Below, in pieces: positions 12,991 to 25,149 of a stretch of DNA of 64,000 nucleotides. How positions within the stretch are numbered: the stretch's first letter is position 1; every line of letters starts with the position of its first letter. The stretch comes from Sminthopsis crassicaudata. Lineage: Eukaryota. Both the position numbers and the translations under genes were made by a program. The notes under the pieces are model-generated. The model worked only from the letters and a program-made list of their open reading frames with translations, ran no database searches and was not told where the DNA came from. The stretch is from NCBI RefSeq assembly GCF_048593235.1, contig NC_133621.1, positions 286,895,238 to 286,959,237 of the forward strand, written 5' to 3'.

Positions 12991-14029
12991 CCAGTGAGCA
13001 GGACCATCTGCGCGCGCATGGACAATATCAGAAATCAACAACCAAAAAGAAGCCGGGGGTCCCCAATAGCCAGCAGTGCAGTGCGTATGGAAATGCCGGC
13101 TGTGTGGAAGATGATTGACATGTTTTCCCAACAGTCCATCTTGAAGCAGCATTCAATTTCATCTGATGGTAAAGGATTCATTAGGAAAACTCTTGAGAGG
13201 ACCAGAATTGAGTGCAATGATGGCCACTGGTTAGGGCTTTACAAATGTTTGTTGGCCAGAGAAAATATAAACATCATCATGCATCATAGGAACTTTTATG
13301 ACTTTCCATCATAATAATCTATGTAAAGTGCTTTGCAAAACTTCGAGTGCCACGTAAAGGTGAGCAATTTTTTTTAACCTTTTGGAAGCTTTTAGCATCT
13401 TCCGACTTCATTCAATGCAATAATAGCATAATGACTGTTTCCCTTTTCAGTTTGCCAGACTAAAACACAATTTTGTGTTATATGACACAGGGCACATGAT
13501 AACAGAGAATGATCACATTTGGGAGTTCCAATGTCATTAACAATTCTTAGTTAAATGTTATATTAGATATGTCATAGTGGACATATCCACAGCCTGGATG
13601 TACCAGGTGAAGACTCCAACAACTTTTTAAGTAATATTATCTATGGGCCTCATAGAATCACAAAATTCTGATTGAGGAAGGACCTCAGTGCCCATCTTGT
13701 TTAACTCATAGCCAAAAAATAAATCCTCCTTCCACACACTGGGTAATTGATCATCTCACTATTTCTTTAAGAACTTCAGTTAGAGGGGAAAAACTCATTG
13801 CTGACCAAGATAAACCAGAACTCCAAACCACTCCTATAATAATTCTCATTACCCCTCTTCCCAATAGTAATTGTTCAACTCAACTGCTCTCTCCATAATA
13901 AGCAAGTATTACTTTTTCCTCAATGCTCTCGTTACTGACTAATAAGATCTTTCAGGCTTCATCATTCACAAATTGTTGATCACATATAATATTGTGGACC
14001 ACCTTCCCATTGGCTTCATAGTGCCCAGA

Positions 14030-14560
14030 TGATTAAATGTAAATGTCCATGTTTAGCCTTCAAATCCCCGTACAATCTAACCTCAACTTATCTTTCCAGT
14101 CTAATTGTTCATTAGTTTTCCACCAGTTCTCTGTGATCCAGTCAAGATGGTTTTGCATTGGTGACTCACACAGTTCCCTGTTGCCCTGTCCCTAGTGCCT
14201 TTGCATTGACTATCTACCATATTTGGAATGTGTTCCCTCCTCAGCATTTCCTCAGAGTTCCTGTCCCTGTCTTACTTTAAGAAACAGTTCAAGTACCCTC
14301 TTTTGCATGAAGTCATCCCTGATCTCCCCAACTGCTAGTGTTCTTCCTCCCTAACTTATATTTAATTATTTTGGACAGATTTCTCTTGATTCACTTTATA
14401 CTTATGCACTATGTGTATGTGTGTGTGTATTTGTTTTCTGTCCCACTAAAATATATACTCCTTATCAGGAATTCTTTCTTTTTTTGTATTTGTATTATAA
14501 GATCACAACTTAGTTATTTAAAAGGGTGCTTAATAAATGCTTGTAGAATGATTGGCTATG
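14030..14560 (+). mobile_element. L2 3' end remnant
   Basis: 'atttggaatgtgttccctcctc...ttcaagtaccctcttttgcatgaagtcatccctgatc...taataaatgcttgtagaatgattgg' tail. Confidence 0.65.
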
Positions 14561-15314
14561 TACCTTGCCAGTACTTTCCACAATCTCAGAGGCCTAAAAT
14601 CTGCTTTGTTCACTGAACCCTAAGGACTAACTGGATTTTCCATCTGCCATTAAGCCCAACAATTTTATGTGCTGCCTATACTAATTAAAATGGAAGCTCC
14701 TTAAGAGAAGGAGCTATCTTGTTTTTGTATTTCCACCTCCAGCACTTAGCATGGCACTTGGTACATATTAATTACTTAATAAATGTTTTTCCATTACACT
14801 TTTATAGCTCTAATTGTTAAGAAGTTTTTTCCTTATGTAACTCACCTTTGCGCTCCATTGTCCCATTATACTCACATCAAATCTAATTTGCATTTTTGCA
14901 CTTTCACTCATTGCAGCCATTAGGATGACTTTCTATATTTTTTTAATAACATGTTATTGCACAGAAACATTCATGACGATTGTCGGAGTTCTGCCCTCTG
15001 GAACTATAACCGGACAAAACTAATCTATTAATTTAGTCTCTGCAATTAGAGGAATCAATTTCAGCTTCCAGAAAGCTAACGGATAAAAAATGCTTTATCA
15101 CAATAATTCAAAAGAAATATCTATAAAATAATGCAGCTTAAAGTAGACATAAGCTGAAGTTAACAGAACAAATGGTTGTTTACTTATTTCCTAGCACTAG
15201 ATGGGAGCTATCAGCCAAGGACTGTGTCAATATACAGGCTAATACCTAAAAATAATTAATTACCTAGTAGATTGTGAAGGCAGCATAGAGATTTGAGAGA
15301 GACAGAGATAGACC

Positions 15315-15317
<3 letters not shown>

Positions 15318-15404
<87 letters not shown>
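15318..15404. repeat. (AG)n microsatellite
   Basis: About 43 perfect AG units. Confidence 0.98.
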
Positions 15405-15408
<4 letters not shown>

Positions 15409-16454
15409 ACAGGTACAGAGAGGGAAAGGGAAAACTTGGACCCAAATCAGAGGGTCATTTCCTGTTTCTATCCCAAACTACCTGGATGAACATGGGCAAG
15501 ACACTCCATCTCCAAGAGTCTTAGCTTCTTTATTTTAAAAATGAGAAGTCCAACTCAAAGATAACTTCCACATTTAAGCCTTCAATCTATGCTAATTTCT
15601 ATCTTTAATCGAGTGGAATGTCTTATTTAATTGACGTCCTTTCTAGAACTTGATACACAAAATGCCACATGAGAAACATGGTAAGTTAACTCTACATGTT
15701 ATTATGAAAGGTAATAACTGGTTTTGCAGTATATTTGATTCCCACCTTTTTGGGAACAATAGCCGATATATTTACTATGCTTTGAGATTTTAAAAGTTCC
15801 TCACAAGTCACACTTAACAAGTGTATGGGGAAGAATTTGAACTCATGTTCTAGGCTCCAAATACAGCATTCTATCCATTACATTACCCTGCCTCTTGGCA
15901 GCAGATTCCCATGGCATGGAGTAGCATGAGAGTATGAACCAATATGAGACAATATAGCAACCCCCTAACTTTACAGAATAGCAGCTTAACCCTTCACCAT
16001 ATCTTTATTAGCAAGCAGTCAGCAAGCACTTATCAGTAAACTTGTCCCCTTTGAAGTTTTTAGCACATCCCCAAAATAGCTTCTTATGCCTATAATGTAT
16101 TTTCTCAGATCTGTCTCAAGGGAAAAGTCAGTGGTGCAGTTTGGAATCCCATAAGGATTATTCCCAAAGACCTCCTTTCCTTTGTTCTATTCCTTTCCTT
16201 CCTCCTGCTTTTACAAAAACCTAACTTACTATTACTCACAGAGGAAGAAGAACAAATGAAAGCCAGAGGTGTTGGGGAACTTCAATGGAATGGAAGGTCT
16301 TTGATGGAATGACATGGAAAGGAAGGGAAGGAGAGAGGTGTATAAACAAAAATATCTTTTACTGATAAGAATGGAGGATTAGAAAAAGAGATCTGACCCT
16401 TACTTATTTGTCATAACCCAACCATATTGCTACTCAGACTGGAAATTAGAGCCG

Positions 16455-16670
16455 GGGTCATTTGGCAGAGTATTGAAATAGGAATCAGGAAGATCTGAAA
16501 TCAAATCCTGTCTCATCTATTAACCAACAATGTGACCCTGGGCAAATCATTTAACTTCCCAGTGTGATTCTGCATCTATAAAATGGGGACATTAAGTGTA
16601 CCTATCTCATGTTGAGGATTAAATGAGAAAACACATGTCAAGTGCTCCACAAATATTAAAATGCTATGTA
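16455..16670 (+). mobile_element. MIR CORE-SINE
   Basis: 'aggaagatctgaaatcaaatcctg...tgtgaccctgggcaaatcatttaac...catctataaaatgggg...gttgaggattaaatgaga'. Confidence 0.8.
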
Positions 16671-16974
16671 TCACTATCACCATGCCCTTAATTTTCATTG
16701 GACCCATTAGTTTTATTTGCTTCAAATTGTCATTCTCCATAAAAGACATCTATTCTTCTTGAAGTAGCCAATTGTCAAAAAATGCAGTTTTATGGAATTG
16801 AAAACTTTTATTTGAGCAAACTCATTGTGGTTAGAATAAGGATTAAAGCATTGAATGGGAGGGGATTTTGCATTGAATATTTTATACAGTCTGATATCCA
16901 AGACATATAGGAATTAATACAAATATGAGATCAAGGGTCACTCCCCAATAGATAAGCAATCTAAGAGTATTACT

Positions 16975-17160
16975 AAACAATTTTCTTTTTCCCTAATAAG
17001 AACTTTTGATTTTCAAAATACATGCAAAGATAAGTTTCAATATTCACCCTTGCAAAATCTAGTGTTCCAAATTTTTCTCCCACCTTTTCCCACCCTTTCC
17101 TCCCCTAGACATCAAGTAATCCAATACATGTTAAACATGTGTAATTCTTTTATACATGAC
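16975..17160 (-). mobile_element. L1 3' UTR fragment (reverse)
   Basis: Reverse complement of the L1 end: 'ctcccacc...ccctttcctcccctagac...aatccaatacatgttaaacatgtg'. Confidence 0.7.
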
Positions 17161-17164
17161 TAGA

Positions 17165-17995
17165 CAATTTTCAAAAGAAGAATTGCAAACTACAAACAAC
17201 CATGTTACAGATTATTCTAAATCTCTAATAAAGAATGCAAAGGAGTCAAGGCAAAACAAATCTGAAGTGTTACCTCATTATCGGCAAATGGGAAAAGATG
17301 GCAAAAGATAAGTGTACTCAGTTTTGAAGAGGCTACACAAAGACAGACACACTAATGTTCTGGTCATGATGGGAATTGGGATGTCACTTTGGGTGACAGT
17401 TTGGAAGTAACATTCCCTCCAAAAAGATAAAAATGATCAGACTCTTTGATCCAGATGTACCACTACTAGGGATATTAATTTGGAGATGAAGTAAAAAACC
17501 AAAAGAAAAGTCCAACATACATCAAAACACTTCTAACAGTATTTTTATAATAGGAAAAAGTTGGAAACAATAATTTTCTTAGGAAAATCTGAAAAACAAC
17601 AACAAAAGTACATTCTGGTATGCAAATATGATGTTACATCATTAGATTTAAAAAATAAATAATTGACAGAAGCATGGGAAGACTTATATTAACTGTGGAA
17701 TGTGAAGTGAGTAGAATCAGGAAAATGATATACACAACAACAATGTGAGAAAAAAAAAAGGGAAACTGATATATAATTATAAAGAATAGGATTGGCCCTG
17801 AAGAAGAAATGAAAATATGCACATCATCCTCTTTCCCCTTCTTGGTAGAGGAGGAAACTATGGACAAAAAACATTGCTACTACAATCAGGCCCAGATAAT
17901 ACATCTTAGTCATTGAACTGATCTTTCTTCTTTCTTTAAAAAAAAACATCAAGGAATGGCTCCCTGGAGAAAAGAGAGAAGAGAAATATTTAGAA
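17165..17995 (+). mobile_element. Old L1 ORF2 C-terminus and 3' UTR remnant
   Basis: 'gacaattttcaaaagaagaattgcaaac' (QFSKEELQ), 'ctttgatccagatgtaccactactagg' and 'gtgaagtgagtagaatcagg' are L1 ORF2 landmarks; the frame is disrupted. Confidence 0.75.
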
Positions 17996-18544
17996 ATGAA
18001 GGTGAAGTAAAAAACAATTATAACAAAACATTTTCAAGAAAAATTGGTTATATTGAAAATATTGACACTTCTTGATCCTATCAATCTCCATTCCTATGAT
18101 CTGGTGGGGGAAAAGGCGACCTATAGAGTTCATTTATTCACATCATCTGTTTCTTATTGTTTCTTATATGTATTGTTATATATGCATTATATGATATCTA
18201 TATATATTCTACTTAAGTATAGCTATAAAAATACACATTTAAAACATTATAAGTGCATTGACTATTATACTAACAGTTGAACCAAAACTTTAACTAAATC
18301 TCAGAGATGGAAAGATTCTTAATGACCATCTATACCAAGCTGTACTTGAATGAGAAATCTCTCTATGAAATTATTACAAAGGATTATATAGCCTTTGCTT
18401 GGAAGATTTCAAGTAAGATCTCATCACATCTCAAAGTTGCCCATTCCTCTTCTGGACAGTTCTAGTTATTGGGAAGTTTTTTCTGTATATTAAGCTTAAA
18501 TATTCCTTTCTGTAATTTCCACTCACTTAGACTGTCCTGCCTTT

Positions 18545-18810
18545 TGTGATAATGATGATGATAACAAATATTTGTGGTCTTAAGAAGAAGAACTTAGCAC
18601 TTTATGGTTTGCAAAGCACTTTACAAATATCTCACTTTTCTTTTTATCTCAGGGAAATAAGTACTATTATTATCACCACTTTGTAGATGAGAAGTATGAG
18701 GCAGAGTTAGGTGACTTTCCCAAGGTCACCCAGCTAGGAAGAGTCTGAGTTCACATTTGAACTTGAGTTTTCCAACTCAAGATCCAGTATTCTATTTGCT
18801 ATTCTACCTC
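18545..18810 (-). mobile_element. MIR CORE-SINE
   Basis: 'gcactttatggtttgcaaagcactttacaaat...tagatgagaagtatgaggcagagttaggtgactttcccaaggtcacccagctag'. Confidence 0.8.
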
Positions 18811-19889
18811 ATTTCCTCCATATCCAAGCAAAGTAAAGCTAAGCTGGAATGAAATACTACTGCAACATAAGAAATAACACATGAATGATTGAAAGAAATA
18901 TAAAGAGCAATATATGGCACCAAGAAATATCTATGTAATAAATAATATAGCAGTCCCTAGCACATATTAGGTACTTAATAAGTGCTTGCTGATTACATGG
19001 ATGGAAAAATATAAATAATTGCTGTTAAACAGACCTGTGATTCCATTGGTATGAGGAACTCCTTGTAAGGAAGTTCCGGGACACCACAAACTGGTCCCTA
19101 CTTTCCAATTTCTGATCTAGGAGAATTACTTATGGCACTAAGACACTGAGTGACTAGTCTAGTTATAGTGATCATAATAGCGAAAACACTACCAAAAACC
19201 AACTGAGCACTGATTAATTACAATGAGCAACGTTGATCACACAGAAAAGATAATGAAACATATTTCCTTCTCCTTGGAATAAAGGCAGATAAGTACTGGT
19301 GTAGAATGTTGGATGTACTGTCAGATAGTTATATTTTTGTCCAGTTTTATTCAACTGTTTTTCTTTGTTATAAAAAATATCCAATGACAAACTACAACAG
19401 GAAATTACTATTATGTAAAAAAAAAATACAATTAAAAATTGAAGAATTAAGCCACATCCTTGCCTGTATGGAAAGAGTCCATGCTTCCAATCCAATAAAA
19501 CTTCAACAAGAAATTCAAGACCCTCATTAGTTGTCTTCATCTGGCCCTTCCATCCTAGCTAAGGATATTTCCCCAGCTTGAGAAATTATATCAAGTTAAA
19601 AGCTCCTTCATAATGAATATCACTCCTGCAACCTCTAACGTTTAGTTCTTCTCTACATCATATCCTGAGTATGAGTACCCTACTCCTGGCTAGTGGTCTT
19701 AAAGTCTGACTTGAGAAGCAATATTTTGTCTGTTATATCTGTGAGACAATATGATTTATCTTTTAGTTTCCAATGTTTCTATGTATAGCTTATGAAGATG
19801 GAGAAGTCCAAAAATATGCCTTGATCTAGCCAATAAGACTAGAGGTCAATGATGAGAATTTGCCTCAGAATAACCTTTGTTTAGGCCAA

Positions 19890-20110
19890 GGTCTCTTTTT
19901 AAAATTTTAATAGTATTTTATTTTTCCAAATAAGTTCATTTTTGTAATACATTTGTATATTGCAATATATTGCAAGAAATATAGGTTAAACATGCACAAT
20001 TTGTGATTCTTTCAAATATATTTCCATATTTGTCATGTTGTCCAAGAAAAATCCACAAGGGAAAGATGAAAACCAAAAGAAAGAAAAAAACAAACAAGCA
20101 AACACTCAAC
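19890..20110 (-). mobile_element. L1 3' UTR fragment (reverse)
   Basis: 'tttttccaaata...ggttaaacatgcac...atatatttccatatttgtcatgttgtccaagaaaaatc'. Confidence 0.7.
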
Positions 20111-20985
20111 AAGTCAAAATACTATGTTTCCATACATCACAAAATCTAGTAAGAACTTCTTTTTGTCTCACAATCTATCTCCATAATCCTATTAATCCTA
20201 GTAAGAACAATATCTGTCATGCTAGGATTATCCACACTGTTGTGAAGAATAAATATAATTCCCTTTCCCTACATCCTCCCTCCCCCTGTTACTTTCCCTT
20301 TGTGTCACTCCTTCCCTCCCTCTTTACCTCTTTCTTCCCTTCTGTTGACCCCTCCTCTCCTCCTCTTCTTTCCCTCTCATGCTCAAGTGATTCTGATGTC
20401 TCATTAATTCAGAAGTTTCATCCAGTGATTTGACCCATTCCAACCAATCCTGTTCGGTTGTTCTCTATGACTTCCCATAACTTTACCTGCTACATATTAA
20501 AGGACCTGCCTTTCTTTCAATATCCAAATATACTAGTGGATCACTCCATTTATCCATCTGTCATTCTTTGCCCTTGCAATATGACCAACAGTTTCCCTTC
20601 CTCTCCCACAATTCCCTGATGACATCCCTTTCTACCACTGTTTCAATTATCAGATGTCTGCTTGTACTAACCCTCTCTATTGCCCTTTGAGAGATATTCA
20701 GTGATATTGCACATCTTTCTGCCAGACCAAAACAAATGTTAGTATTGAAAAGATAGCATATCTTTTATTGTCCAATTGCACCTAAAAATAAACAAGTCAG
20801 GAACATGGCATTAATTTCAAACACTAAGCAGAAACTTCTCTGTTAAAACCAATCCAACGTATATAATCCTTACTACCACATTCCTTTTCCTTCTCATAGG
20901 ACAAGGATTTCATCTTAAATTACACCAAAGTAAGGCAAGATTCATGCCACACCTATGGCAGCTGGGTGAAAAGGGTTGTCTAACT

Positions 20986-21171
20986 CCCAGCTTTTTAAAG
21001 TGTGGGTCACAACCCTATATGGAGTCTCATAATTGAATGTGCGTATTGCAAAATTATCATTTATAATTGATAAAATGTTATTTGTATATCTATTTCATAT
21101 ACTTATGTACGTATTATCACAAAATTTTCTCAAACAAAAAGGGATCACGAGTGGAAAAAGTTTAAGAACCT
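20986..21171. mobile_element. CheshMITE-like hAT-Charlie MITE
   Basis: 'cagctttttaaagtgtgggtcacaaccc...gagtggaaaaagtttaagaacc'; homologous to the copies at 29.5 and 30.0 kb. Confidence 0.7.
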
Positions 21172-22111
21172 ACATTCGTGAAAGCCCAGAACAAGGTATT
21201 GAGGTACAAAGAAAGAAAGTAGAGATACTGAAGCAGCAGCAATAAATTCCAGAAAGTAATGAGGAAAATAATGGTGTCTGACATTGGGTATGACAAAACA
21301 CTAGGTCTCTAGCAGCTTAAGATGAGCATGAGTGCTAGAAAAGACACAGTGTTTTAATGGCCTTGAGCAGCATGTTTATGGACAGAAAGCAAGGAGTTTC
21401 TGAGGAACAGAGAAGCTTGTATAACTTCCAACAGCACTCTCCCTGGGCTACTTTTATAGACAAAGGATTGAGAGAGATAAATGGAACTGTGGCTCTGAAA
21501 GAAAATTGCTATAAACACGGCACCTTCAAAAGCCCCCCTTTCAGTAAGATAGGAAGCTAGAAAGCTATTAGTTTGCTTCTAAGAATGTTAGAAACTACAG
21601 GGTGAAAAGTAATTGAGGGAATATAGCAAAACCAATAGTTTGGATCAATTCATGGCCAGTCCAAAGTGCTGCTACCCCAAATAAATCAACAAGTAATTAT
21701 TGGAAATTCGTGAAGTCTTAGGTGCTGGACACAAGAACAGATATAAGATAAATAAGGCAAGCCTTTGCCCTCAAGGACCTTAAAATCTAATTTGTTAAAT
21801 TAGGTAATATTTGTCAGTTTAAAAAGCATTTCCTTACAACAATGAGGTAAATAGTCCAAGTACTATTAACTCAGTTTTATAAACGAGCAGGCTGAGCCTC
21901 AACCAAATGAAGTGACATGGCAATTAGTAGAAGAGTAATTTGAACTGAGATTTTGATTGAACATCCACTGCTCTTTCCAATGGGTCACAAAGCTTTTCAG
22001 ATACACTAGTGACTGTGGAGAATTATCAAGTATAAGATTATGTTGTCAAGAAGCTTACAATTTTATAGGGAAGGCAAAGTTAACATATAAAAAAAAAAAG
22101 ATGTAATGCTT

Positions 22112-22158
22112 GTGGGACTCTGGACAAGTCACTTAACCCCAATTGTCTCAAAAACACA
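22112..22158 (+). mobile_element. 5'-truncated WSINE1-like SINE (47 bp) with 9-bp TSD
   Basis: 'ctctggacaagtcacttaaccccaattgtctcaaaaa' flanked by gtaatgctt at 22103-22111 and 22159-22167. Confidence 0.8.
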
Positions 22159-22183
22159 GTAATGCTTAAGAAATATTGGGCTA

Positions 22184-22725
22184 TGCTGAGTGAAATGAGC
22201 AGAACTAGGAGATCATTATACACTTCAACAACAATACTGTATGAGGATGTATTCTGATGGAAGTGAGTATCTTCAACATAGAGAAGAGCTAATCCAATTC
22301 CAATTGATCAATGATGGACAAAATCATCTACACCCAGAGAAGGAACACTGGGAAATGAGTGGAAATGTTAGCATTTTTTTGTTTTTCTCCCCAGGTTATT
22401 TTTACCTTCCGAATCCAATTCTTCCTTTGCAACAACAACAACAAAATTCAGTTCTGCACATATATATTGTACCTAGGATATACTATAACGTATTTAATAT
22501 GTATGGGAATGCCTGCCATCTAGAGGAGGGGGTGGAAGGAAGGAGGGGAAAAATTCAGAACAGAAGGGAGTACAAGGGATAATGTTGTAAAAAATTACCT
22601 ATGCATATGTATTGTCAAAAAATGTTATAATTATAAAATTAATTTTAAAAATTTTTAAATTAAAAAACAAAAAGAAAAAAAGTCAACATGGCTTCAACAA
22701 AAAAAGAAAAAAGAAAAAAAGAAAA
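22184..22725 (+). mobile_element. 5'-truncated L1 with 16-bp TSD and two A-rich tails
   Basis: 'tgctgagtgaaatgagcagaactaggagatc' L1 ORF2 end and 3' UTR; perfect TSD aagaaatattgggcta at 22168-22183 and 22726-22741; TT|AAGA endonuclease-type site. Confidence 0.92.
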
Positions 22726-23357
22726 AAGAAATATTGGGCTAACAATGGTATGGAGGATAGATTGGACCTTCTTCCCGGGCTCTGCACATTTGTCAATCAG
22801 AATTGAAGAGGAAGAAAGGAAGATGAGTAAAACCAGTAATGAAATTCAACTAAAAAATGCATCATTTCTACTTCATACAACATGGATATCCTGGTAACCA
22901 CATATGTAGAACTGGAATGAATCTTAGAGTTTACCTAATACAGGCTTCCTCATTTTATAGATAAGGCATGTGAAGAAAAGTAAGATTAAGTGACTAATCC
23001 AGGGTCACTCAGCTCGCAAGTATCTGAGGAAGAATTTAAACTGCAGGAATGCCTTAAAGAAGTAGATTTTTGTGCTTTGTACCAGAGGGAGGGAGACCCC
23101 CAAAGGAGTGTTCCACTCTTCCCTCATTGATCCAGTTATCACAAAATGTGAACCAGTCACAGATAATGAATTGAAAGAACACATCAAAGGCAAACACAGA
23201 CACATATAGAAAGATAATGACCTAAGGGAAGAATAAACTTCAAGGAATACCATGGAAACACAAAGGCACCCTAGCACCAGAGAAGAATGCCATCTGGGCA
23301 CTCAAGAAATGACATCCAGCATAGCCTCCATGGGCACTGCACAGCATCACTCCACAA

Positions 23358-23590
23358 GAGAGGTGTCAAATGCAAAGGTGCATGACCTACAGCACTACCA
23401 AGTACCCCCTCAAAAAAACTACCAAGTACCCGCTCAAAAAAACTAGATTAAAATGCAAATTGGAAATGTTAGCTAATGTTTTTAAGTTAGATATAATAAT
23501 GTTTATACATTTGCATTGACATGTGGTCCACAGGGATCATTGTGTATGGCTGAATGGCCACTTTGTTATTTGAGTTTGACAATGTTCTCT
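23358..23590. mobile_element. Degenerate hAT-type MITE with internal 24-bp tandem duplication
   Basis: Termini 'agaggtgtcaaa' and 'tttgacaatgttct'; 'actaccaagtacc(c/g)..ctcaaaaaa' repeated at 23394 and 23418. Confidence 0.45.
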
Positions 23591-23689
23591 AGAGTTAGAG
23601 GTCATTCTCCTGTGTATCCCTATGTCCTTGTGAGATAACAAGCCCCTAAATTTCTTTTGCCAACTGTTTTTACTATGCCAACTGAGTAA

Positions 23690-23910
23690 ATGCTGTTGTT
23701 CAGTTGTTGAGTCATGTCCATTTCTTTGGGATCTCATGGACCACGGCATGCAAAACTGTCCATGGGATTTACTTGGCAACTATACTGGAATGGTTTACTA
23801 TTTCCTTCTCCAGTAGATTAAGGTAAACAGAGGTTGGGACTTGTTCATCATATAGCTAAGAAATGCATAATATCGGATTTGAATTCAGCCCTCTAAGCCA
23901 TCCAATTGCC
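23690..23910 (-). mobile_element. MAR1-type marsupial SINE (RTE-like tail)
   Basis: 'gttgttcagttgttgagtcatgtcc...ctatactggaatggtttactatttccttctccag...ggatttgaattc'. Confidence 0.65.
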
Positions 23911-24694
23911 TATAATTTAGTAAATAACTCTTTCCAAAAGTCAATTATAGTCTGAATGGATGGTCATGTGAAACCTATTCCCTCAGGATAACACTTAGAA
24001 ATCTGAGGAGAGTAATTAGTCACCCTATGAGAATTCAGTTCACCCATTCCAATAGGAATCACTCCTCATGTCTATCTTACAAGATTCAGCCTAAATACAT
24101 AAAGTGTGGATTGAGGTAATTCTAAATGGCACAGCTCTCTCCAGATTAACTTTGAGGAGTCAATAAGTCTTGAGTCCATCCTAGTCAAAAGAAGCTAGAT
24201 TGGTTCCTATACAGAAGAGTATGTTCTACACTAATCACTTTTTCCTTCTGTATGTTCAATTCTATTAAAAAAAAAAAAAAAAAAGACCAGTAGGATAGAA
24301 TTATCCTTCCCCTTCTCCAATATAAATAGCGCTTTCATCTGTAAAACTCTAAGATCCTAAAAGCAATAGGCAGTTATAGAAGCATAATGTCCAGACAAAG
24401 AATGTTAAGTACCATGCCTAAGTGTGAAGGGGCAGGTCAGTTCTCCTGAAAGTCCCCATAGCTGTGAATCATAACATACTTGAAGGAGTTGCAAATCAGC
24501 TTTTACTGATGCAGATGTTGCTTGTGAATTAGGAATGAAATAAATTGGAGGCAAGAAGGAAGAGGAGAGAGGTCAGAGAATGCAACTGCCTCTCAGTCTC
24601 CTTATATCATTATTATCCTCTCACATAAAGGGATCTACTCTGCTGGTCAGAATTAGATCCTCAGTAGCCACCAGTAGGTTGCTCCCATAATAAA

Positions 24695-24712
24695 TGGCAC
24701 CCAACATGGGGC
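24695..24712 (+). promoter_or_regulatory. Primer-binding site for tRNA-Lys1,2
   Basis: tggcacccaacatggggc versus canonical TGGCGCCCAACGTGGGGC; both mismatches are CpG>CpA decay; 2 nt after the 5' LTR end. Confidence 0.88.
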
Positions 24713-25130
24713 ACAAGAAACAAAGAAGCAGCAGCACTGGAGAGCTGTACATGAGTAGGATGCTCCCAGGAAGAGTTCCTTTGGTAACTAGTGAGGAAGG
24801 AAAGGGAGAAGAAACCTGGTAAGACTTTTTCAGTCCAGCTAATTAAAATGGGCCAACACATCAAAGGGCCAAGCCAGGAGACTGATGAGGAACATATGAA
24901 ACATGCCTACTCTGACTACAAGCCTACTTCTCCGTTTGTCAGAAAGTTTGCCTCCATGACATCTCACAAGATTTAATACCTGTTATAGTGACTCACCCTA
25001 CAACCATCCAGAGGAATAGGACTGAAAAGACTTTGATAGTGCAGCATATGGACTTAGATAACAGCTGCTTAACAATATTGGACAAACTTACTGACCATGC
25101 TGTTGGGGGGAAATATAATCATGTTCCCAT

Positions 25131-25149
25131 AAAACAAAAAACAGGGAAT
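25131..25149 (+). promoter_or_regulatory. Polypurine tract of the mini-ERV
   Basis: aaaacaaaaaacagggaat immediately precedes the TG of the 3' LTR. Confidence 0.75.

Noticed and set aside
12994-13314. 106-aa + strand ORF upstream of exon 2
   Set aside because: No recognisable domain; explained by locally higher GC opposite the exon 2 flank.
23090-23235. Frame reading ...KCEPVTDNELKEHIKGKH, vaguely zinc-finger-like
   Set aside because: No paired Cys, early stop, no splice sites, TSD or poly(A); not enough to call a pseudogene.
24267-24284. Isolated poly(A) runs (also near 3680) as possible retrocopy ends
   Set aside because: No identifiable upstream transcript sequence or TSD.
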